NCBI GenBank assembly: GCA_019057385.1
Contig: JAHQJS010000003.1
Coordinates: forward strand, 64,001-128,000
DNA from: Candidatus Borrarchaeum weybense
GTDB lineage: Archaea > Asgardarchaeota > Sifarchaeia > Borrarchaeales > Borrarchaeaceae
DNA: 64,000 nt
Direction: 5' to 3'
How positions within the stretch are numbered: the first letter of the stretch is position 1; the number at the start of each line of letters is the position of its first letter. This document shows, in pieces, positions 59,049-64,000 of the stretch. Below the pieces are notes generated by a model. The model worked only from the letters and a program-made list of their open reading frames with translations, was not told the origin of the DNA and ran no database searches. The position numbers were made by a program, and so were the translations under genes.

Positions 59049-60644
59049 ATGACGATTTCAAAGTCTCGATATGACTCTAAAGTTGTTGAACACTATATTA
59101 TAGGTCCATATCACATTAAAATTTATGAACGTGCTGGAAAATACACCAGCGAAGCACTTTATACGTACACTACTTTGTCTGAGACTTCACCCTTTGGTGA
59201 GATCATTGAATCTATTTCTAAAAACCTTGCAGAAAATGTGATTACAGAAGACGATATCAAAAGCAAATCCTTAGATCCTCGCTTTTATAGTTTACAGGAA
59301 CTTTTCGATAGTAGAAGGGTTCTTGTTGAAGAATATATTTACCAACACTATCCTGAATTTAAAACCATGAAAGATTTAGATGATTTGATAGAACTCGCTT
59401 GCTATAAACTCATTGGTATTTATAAAATTGCCCCTTTTCTTATGGATGAACATATCGAGGAGTTTTATTTAGATTGCCCCAACACTCAGCTCTATTTAGA
59501 TCATCGCACCTTTGGACGGTGTAAAACCACAGTAACCTTGTCTGATGATGACTTAGAACGTATAAAAACGCGATTACGCTATGAAAGCGGTCTGCTACTG
59601 GATGAAAGCAACCCTTCTATCAAGACGGAGTTGATAACGGATCGTTTTCATGTTCGCATCTCAATGGATATCGCCCCGCTAGCAGCAGATGGTCTTCATT
59701 TAGACGTACGTAAACTAAAACGTAAGGCTTTTACTCTACCAGAATTAGTAGATAATGGTACTCTTCCTGTGGAAATCGCTGCTTACATGTATTTTGCACT
59801 GGTGCGACGCCGTAACATTACGGTCATTGGGGAACCTAATTCAGGTAAAACCACACTTGTCAATGCACTGGACTTGATCACCCCTCCTGAGTGGAGAAAA
59901 ATCACAATCGAGGATGTGATTGAAAGTGTTCCTCAACATAATTACGATAAACACCAAGTACGTTTACAAGTCATTCCCTTCGAAGGTGAGAACACATTAC
60001 GAAGTAAGAGTAAGGAAATCGTGAAATTATTGCATCGTTCGCCTGATTATGTTTTCTTAGGAGAAATTCAAACCCAAGAACATTCACAAGCTGTGTTTCA
60101 CGCTCTTACAGCAGGTCTACACTTAATCCAAACTTGTCACGCCTCGTCGCCTGAAAATCTGATTGTCCGCTGGGTAGAACATCATGGTATTGCCCCCATT
60201 AATCTGTTAACTTTGGATCTCATCATCTTCATGCGAGCTTATTATCGGCAGAAACTGGTTCGCAGGGTAAGAAGGGTCAGTGAAGTGACAAAGCCTTATG
60301 GAGGCGCCGATACACTATTAGAGATCGATTTGAAAATTAACAAAGTACAGTTATGTGACACTTTTAACCTAGATACACGATTGGCAAAAAAGGTTTCCGA
60401 ATTGTTTGATACCCCTGCCCTAAGAGAAATCAGAAATGTGGAGGGGTTAAATTTGGAAGAATTCGTTGAAGAAATGTCCACATACATTGAACTGATTAAT
60501 TATTTAGTGCAAAATCACTTATTCGATCCTCAACTCAATGTAAGAGTATTTCATGGACTACATGCTGAAAAACTCAAACAATTAAGAGCATATGGTAGAA
60601 TAAATTGGCCTATACTCTATAATCACGTCATAGAGTTGATCTAA
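59049..60644 (+). CDS. Type II/IV secretion (TadA/VirB11-like) ATPase
   Basis: GEPNSGKTT, TIED..E, LHRSPDYVFLGEI, QTCHA. Confidence 0.9.
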   Translation: MTISKSRYDSKVVEHYIIGPYHIKIYERAGKYTSEALYTYTTLSETSPFGEIIESISKNLAENVITEDDIKSKSLDPRFYSLQELFDSRRVLVEEYIYQHYPEFKTMKDLDDLIELACYKLIGIYKIAPFLMDEHIEEFYLDCPNTQLYLDHRTFGRCKTTVTLSDDDLERIKTRLRYESGLLLDESNPSIKTELITDRFHVRISMDIAPLAADGLHLDVRKLKRKAFTLPELVDNGTLPVEIAAYMYFALVRRRNITVIGEPNSGKTTLVNALDLITPPEWRKITIEDVIESVPQHNYDKHQVRLQVIPFEGENTLRSKSKEIVKLLHRSPDYVFLGEIQTQEHSQAVFHALTAGLHLIQTCHASSPENLIVRWVEHHGIAPINLLTLDLIIFMRAYYRQKLVRRVRRVSEVTKPYGGADTLLEIDLKINKVQLCDTFNLDTRLAKKVSELFDTPALREIRNVEGLNLEEFVEEMSTYIELINYLVQNHLFDPQLNVRVFHGLHAEKLKQLRAYGRINWPILYNHVIELI

Positions 60645-60674
60645 TAAGTTTAGTGCTAGAACGAGGGATTTAAG

Positions 60675-61496
60675 TTGTTGTCAAACCTTCCATTGAGTTT
60701 ATGTAAACTATTCGCAGTTCAGCCCTTCAAGTTATTAGGAAAACGATTTTGTCCTTCTAATTTGATAAATCCATGCAATTATTATGAAGATTTGGATTTA
60801 TCACCAGAAGAAATTTCTGCTGGAGCTAAAGGTTTCGCTGCTATAATCTTTCTCATTACTATCAGCATATCACTCATCTGGAGATTAGGTCCTTTTTTAT
60901 ATCTTTCAATAGCCCTTCTTATGGCCTATATAACTCATGGATTACTAATGCGTGCTCTCCCACTAAGATACGCTTATGAAAGGCTAACCATTGAAAAATA
61001 TGCGGATTTGATCCTGAATACCATGCTCTTAGCGTTACTTGCCGGATCAACATTCGATGCCATCTATTTCGTAGCTAAAAGTGACTTTCCACAGGTATCA
61101 CAGGATTTTGAAAGGATCCTATATCAGGTTAATAATAATGAGCCGCCAGAAAAACTTCTCTTGGACTACGCCTATAAACAGCCATCAACTACCCTGCGCA
61201 AACATATCGCTACTCTGTTTTCTATCAATGACTTAGATTCTGCAATTGAAATGATGAAAGAGTCAACCCAGTTTGAAGTACGTAACGCATATGATCAGTT
61301 TACTCTTGAATTGGATAGTCGATTTGCCCTATCTATAGGTGTTTCTACTTTTATGCCAATTTTTATGGGCTTATTTCTCATTGTTTATGGGCTTGCTAGT
61401 TCACCTTTCATTCTACTTACAGTACCAATGCATATTTTTCTAATACGTTTTCTTAAAAACCAAGTTCTAAGTAACAAAGTGGAGTTAGTCGGATGA
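60675..61496 (+). CDS. TadB/C-like membrane platform protein
   Basis: TM pairs, VSQDFERILYQV...PEKLL; follows the secretion ATPase. Confidence 0.65.
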   Translation: MLSNLPLSLCKLFAVQPFKLLGKRFCPSNLINPCNYYEDLDLSPEEISAGAKGFAAIIFLITISISLIWRLGPFLYLSIALLMAYITHGLLMRALPLRYAYERLTIEKYADLILNTMLLALLAGSTFDAIYFVAKSDFPQVSQDFERILYQVNNNEPPEKLLLDYAYKQPSTTLRKHIATLFSINDLDSAIEMMKESTQFEVRNAYDQFTLELDSRFALSIGVSTFMPIFMGLFLIVYGLASSPFILLTVPMHIFLIRFLKNQVLSNKVELVG

Positions 61497-62203
61497 AATC
61501 CTTACTTAAAACCACAATTTCGTCATCCTCAACCGATGAGGAACTGAGTGAAGTTGCTAATTTCCTCAGTTATTTTGCCGATGAATTGAAATTAGGTATC
61601 TGTCCAGAACAGGCCTATAGATATGCGTTGGGGAAATATAATGGATCTTTAAAGCCAATTTTTATGGATGGCGCCCGCCAATTAGTTATAGGGGCACAAC
61701 CTCTAAAACAGGTACTAATGGGTATTGCAAATTCCCTAAGTAGTTTGAATAGCAATTATTTCCTTCAACTTAGTTGTAAGTTCTTGGAAAAGGATTCGAT
61801 GGAAGCAGGTAGAATATTGATGTCTATGATCAGAACCTTAGAAGAGAATTCCACTCTGATTAAGAAACGTAGCCAGTTTATGCGCGCAAAAAATCTTAAG
61901 ACAAAGATTTTGTCATTAGCTACCTCACTAGTATTGGGTTACGTAGCAGCCCTTACACCCCTATTTGCAATGCTATTCTTGCTCCGTCAGCAAAATATAG
62001 GTGAGATTACAACAACCTTGAACTTTAGTCCTTTAGTTTTTTGGCCAGCCATTGCAAGCTTCTTCTTCATTGGCATTCTCACGTCATATCAACTCGCTGA
62101 ATTCACTGAAGGAGAATCATCTTGGCCAATGCTTTTTCTTTCCGCCTTGATTTTTGTTATTACATTTTTACTAACTAGAAGCCTCTTGGCAATCTTAATC
62201 TAA
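61493..62203 (+). CDS. TadB/C-like membrane platform protein
   Basis: FLSYFADELKLGICPEQA, C-terminal TMs; overlaps previous stop. Confidence 0.65.
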   Translation: MKSLLKTTISSSSTDEELSEVANFLSYFADELKLGICPEQAYRYALGKYNGSLKPIFMDGARQLVIGAQPLKQVLMGIANSLSSLNSNYFLQLSCKFLEKDSMEAGRILMSMIRTLEENSTLIKKRSQFMRAKNLKTKILSLATSLVLGYVAALTPLFAMLFLLRQQNIGEITTTLNFSPLVFWPAIASFFFIGILTSYQLAEFTEGESSWPMLFLSALIFVITFLLTRSLLAILI

Positions 62204-62210
62204 TAACTGC

Positions 62211-62799
62211 GTGAACTACCTCACGCTAAAGCAGTGAGGCTTCCTGCTTCCACGACCGAACTTGCTGTCACATAGGGAATACCATTTAAGTATTCCAGTG
62301 ATACCACAGTAGAGGATTCAGTCTCCACAGGCTTAACATCCCTACGTCCCGTAGGTACAACCACGTGTTGGTTTAATCCTTCGGTCTCGATATTCACACT
62401 GGCATTATGGTCTCTGTCCATCACTAACCCACAGACCTCACAGACATAGACTCGTTCATCCAACCCGATTTCCCGGATATTACCGCAACGCGAACAGGTT
62501 TTGGTAGAAGGAAACCACCGATCCACTTTAATCGCAGTCTAATGGAGTATGCACCTTTACTTCAAGTGTGCGTGTGATCCCTCCTTCGGAATGCGGCTGA
62601 TAGCATGCTCTGAACTGTGACACTACCAAAAGTCTTAGTGTTGGAGGTAGCGATCCCAGCCTTTCACTCGCTAGTCATCTTAGTATAAGAGGCACACCAC
62701 TATTAAAGTATTAGACAGACCCCTTAATGAAAGTGAACATACACACCTACCGCAATTCATCACCAAGCTGAAGCTGTGGTGCTTTCTTGCTTTGTTCAA
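62211..62799 (-). mobile_element. Internally deleted IS200/IS605-family element
   Basis: Subterminal hairpins CCTCACGCTAAAGCAGTGAGG and CACCAAGCTGAAGCTGTGGTG; carries the tnpB 3' end; ends shared with 35118-35432. Confidence 0.85.
62221..62526 (-). pseudogene. tnpB: Truncated TnpB (Zn ribbon and RuvC-III only)
   Basis: FPSTKTCSRCG...YVCEVCGLVMDRDHNASVNI. Confidence 0.88.
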
Positions 62800-62860
62800 G
62801 TAAATATATAAGAAAAAATGTTCATTTGTTTAAGTTAATTCGTAAGAGAGGCGCTGGAAC

Positions 62861-63919
62861 GTGAAGTTTCAAGTTCACGATATGGATGGATGGGCAAGAA
62901 GTGGAACTTTGCATGTTAATGGAAAAATATTACAGAGTCCATGTATATTCCTTGGACATTCATTGAATCGAGGAAACCCTCTATCTTGGCACTATTTCGA
63001 TGTTGAGAGTATATTGCTTAATGCTTATGACCTATCAGTCCAAAAAATTGATTTTGTTCGTGTTCGTAAAATCTTGGGTTTTAATGGCGTACTAATGATG
63101 GACTCAGGTGGCTATCAGATTCAACGATTCAAAAGAAATATTGATCGAAAGACAATTATTCAAATCCAAGAGACAAGCAAGCCAGATATCGCTATACCAT
63201 TAGATTACCCATTAACTCCTAAAATGAAGAATGATGAAATCGATAAGAATATTGAGAAGACTTCAAGGAGCAATGAATATTGGAGGAAGCATTATCCGAA
63301 TGATTTCATTCCAGTGATCCATGGATACAATGAAAAATATCTCATCGACCAAATAAATAATTTAGAAAACACAGCCTTTCTTGCAATTGGCAGTTTCGTG
63401 CCGATTTTAATGTACTCTGATCGAAAAAGTTTAGTCGATTTACTCATCACTATAAGAAAAAAGTACCCCGACGTCTTTATTCATTTCTTTGGTGTTTCGT
63501 ATCTTGTTGCTTTTCTTTTGTTTCTCCTAGGTGCCGATAGTGTAGATACATCTGCACACCTACATAATGCACGGTTTGGAAGTATACATTTGCAACATAC
63601 AGGACCTCGTGCAATTGCATCTAATACAAAGAAAAGAAAGCGGCCTTCAGCACATAAAATATTAGATGAAGAAGCATTTCTCAATGAAAATTGTGGATGC
63701 CCTATCTGCCATTATTTAGAATTTGATAACCTTAAAGTAAGAGGAGTCCGTGGATTACAATTGAGAGGAATTCATAACGCATGGGTGTATAAATCTGCAC
63801 CAGCAGAATTAAGAAAAACTATCAAAGAAAAAAAAACCGCTAAGGTTATTGAGAAGATATTTTCCCAATCAGGACTAAATTACCTTTACAAATATGCCAA
63901 ACGAAAGTACCTTACATAA
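62861..63919 (+). CDS. Second tRNA-guanine transglycosylase-family protein
   Basis: ARSGTL, MMDSGGYQ, PLDYP, PVIHG, HFFG, DSVDTS, CGCPIC, HN. Confidence 0.82.
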   Translation: MKFQVHDMDGWARSGTLHVNGKILQSPCIFLGHSLNRGNPLSWHYFDVESILLNAYDLSVQKIDFVRVRKILGFNGVLMMDSGGYQIQRFKRNIDRKTIIQIQETSKPDIAIPLDYPLTPKMKNDEIDKNIEKTSRSNEYWRKHYPNDFIPVIHGYNEKYLIDQINNLENTAFLAIGSFVPILMYSDRKSLVDLLITIRKKYPDVFIHFFGVSYLVAFLLFLLGADSVDTSAHLHNARFGSIHLQHTGPRAIASNTKKRKRPSAHKILDEEAFLNENCGCPICHYLEFDNLKVRGVRGLQLRGIHNAWVYKSAPAELRKTIKEKKTAKVIEKIFSQSGLNYLYKYAKRKYLT

Positions 63920-64000
63920 TTATGGGGGTTTCTTGTTGACCTTTGACATATTTTTTCAATAAAGTGCAATAATGATCGCGGACACTGTATTCGGCGACAT

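Noticed and set aside
1-64000. CRISPR array associated with the cas-like genes
   Set aside because: No run of short, regularly spaced direct repeats seen; the only repeats near cas genes are the three dispersed ~85-nt scaffolds.

Overview
Low-GC archaeal chromosome segment, most likely from an Asgard archaeon (inferred from Rpo8, Elf1, GatDE, Tes, Lsm and multi-intron tRNAs). Most of it is housekeeping: pyrD/pyrK, elp3, gatD/gatE/gatB, glmS, nadE, tgtA, rpl3-4-23-2, RPA, cdc6, rfcS, an ECF transporter, prefoldin and a Tad-like secretion module. The main find is an array-less CRISPR-derived module at about 27.8-34.3 kb: an SF2 helicase-Cas1 fusion, a Cas7-like RAMP and a Cas5-like RAMP-HD fusion. 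A second cas7 locus lies at 0.9-1.9 kb. Each of the three RAMP genes is followed by a copy of a conserved ~85-nt structured RNA scaffold, then a variable segment and a hairpin. In two copies the variable segment matches the 5' coding region of the adjacent host gene (pyrD 24/25 nt; PRC-barrel gene 25/30 nt). This suggests a candidate RNA-guided, Cas1-based homing or mobile element, or an RNA-guided regulator (inference). Also present: five tRNA genes with 2-5 introns each, a 30-nt BHB-type intron in the Walker A motif of rfcS, a probable YkgJ-family selenoprotein, probable ATT/ATA start codons, two IS200/IS605 remnants and an unidentified ~270-nt GC-rich structured RNA. All comparisons were made by eye, with no database searches.
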